Part shown: positions 63,623-64,000 of the stretch, one piece after another
How positions within the stretch are numbered: position 1 is the first letter of the stretch
Layout: each line of letters opens with the position of its first letter
From: a virus
IMG/VR virus record: IMGVR_UViG_3300017783_000006
Location: 1 to 64,000 of that record
Length of the DNA stretch: 64,000 bases
Strand: one strand, 5' to 3'
Made by a program: the position numbers and the translations under genes
The notes under the pieces: model-generated
Told to the model about the DNA's origin: nothing
Databases searched by the model: none
Seen by the model: only the letters and a program-made list of their open reading frames with translations

Positions 63623-64000
63623 ATGGCATATCAAGTTGTAGAAGATAATTTACATACATGTCCAACTTGTGGACCTTTTGGTATTAATTTGGGATTAAGA
63701 TACGATCCAGTAACAGGAGAATATCAACTAAAAGAACAAGGATTATTAGGATACGATACTCCATTAACTGCTATATTTTATCAGGATGGCAGTTGGGCTA
63801 TGGACGCTATTCAAGACCCACAATTATTTGTAGATGGAGACCCAAATCAACCAACACCACTAACACAATCTTTAAGCATATTACTAAGACAAAAAACCCA
63901 ACAAGCACATGTAGCAATAGGTGGTAATGCTGGTGGTAATAATCTGCATCCAACTGCACAAGTATCTCAACATACTGCTGTACCAGGAGTTTTAAATCAA
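63623..64000 (+). CDS. 5' part of a gene, probably gp48-like tail-tube cap (cut by window end)
   Basis: ATG right after the gp2-like stop, open to the window end; identity from synteny only. Confidence 0.45.
   Translation, partial: MAYQVVEDNLHTCPTCGPFGINLGLRYDPVTGEYQLKEQGLLGYDTPLTAIFYQDGSWAMDAIQDPQLFVDGDPNQPTPLTQSLSILLRQKTQQAHVAIGGNAGGNNLHPTAQVSQHTAVPGVLNQ

Noticed and set aside
1-64000. CRISPR array, IS element or rRNA
   Set aside because: No regularly spaced repeats, transposase motifs or rRNA signatures seen.

Overview
A 64-kb, AT-rich segment of a T4-like cyanomyovirus genome. The likely host is a marine or estuarine picocyanobacterium (Synechococcus-like), inferred from cp12, talC, purS, the tRNA set and the tmRNA tag. 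Nearly all genes are on the minus strand. Positions ~1-29.5 kb form an accessory region with many small ORFs, ten tRNAs, a circularly permuted two-piece tmRNA, a manA-like structured RNA, several 2OG-Fe(II) oxygenases (one fused to a GT25 glycosyltransferase), a Dam-like methylase with a PD-(D/E)xK neighbour, talC, a DenV-like glycosylase, purS and a CobS-like AAA+/vWA pair. Positions ~29.5-64 kb hold the tail and baseplate module: a 2812-aa fibre, other fibre-like proteins, gp5-, gp27-, gp51-, gp26-, gp54-, gp4- and gp2-like genes, cp12 and an eleventh tRNA. The most notable items are: (1) a phage-encoded permuted tmRNA with an extended, altered proteolysis tag; (2) a tail-fibre needle with 26 HxH metal-binding motifs; (3) a possible hydroxylate-then-glycosylate system (GT25-2OG-2OG fusion, many prolyl-hydroxylase-like enzymes and Pro/Thr-rich linkers in gp5); (4) a virion protein with a circularly permuted M23 peptidase plus an amidase, sharing a 65-bp repeat with its neighbour; (5) a seven-copy dyad promoter motif. 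All family calls come from reading motifs by eye; no database searches were run.
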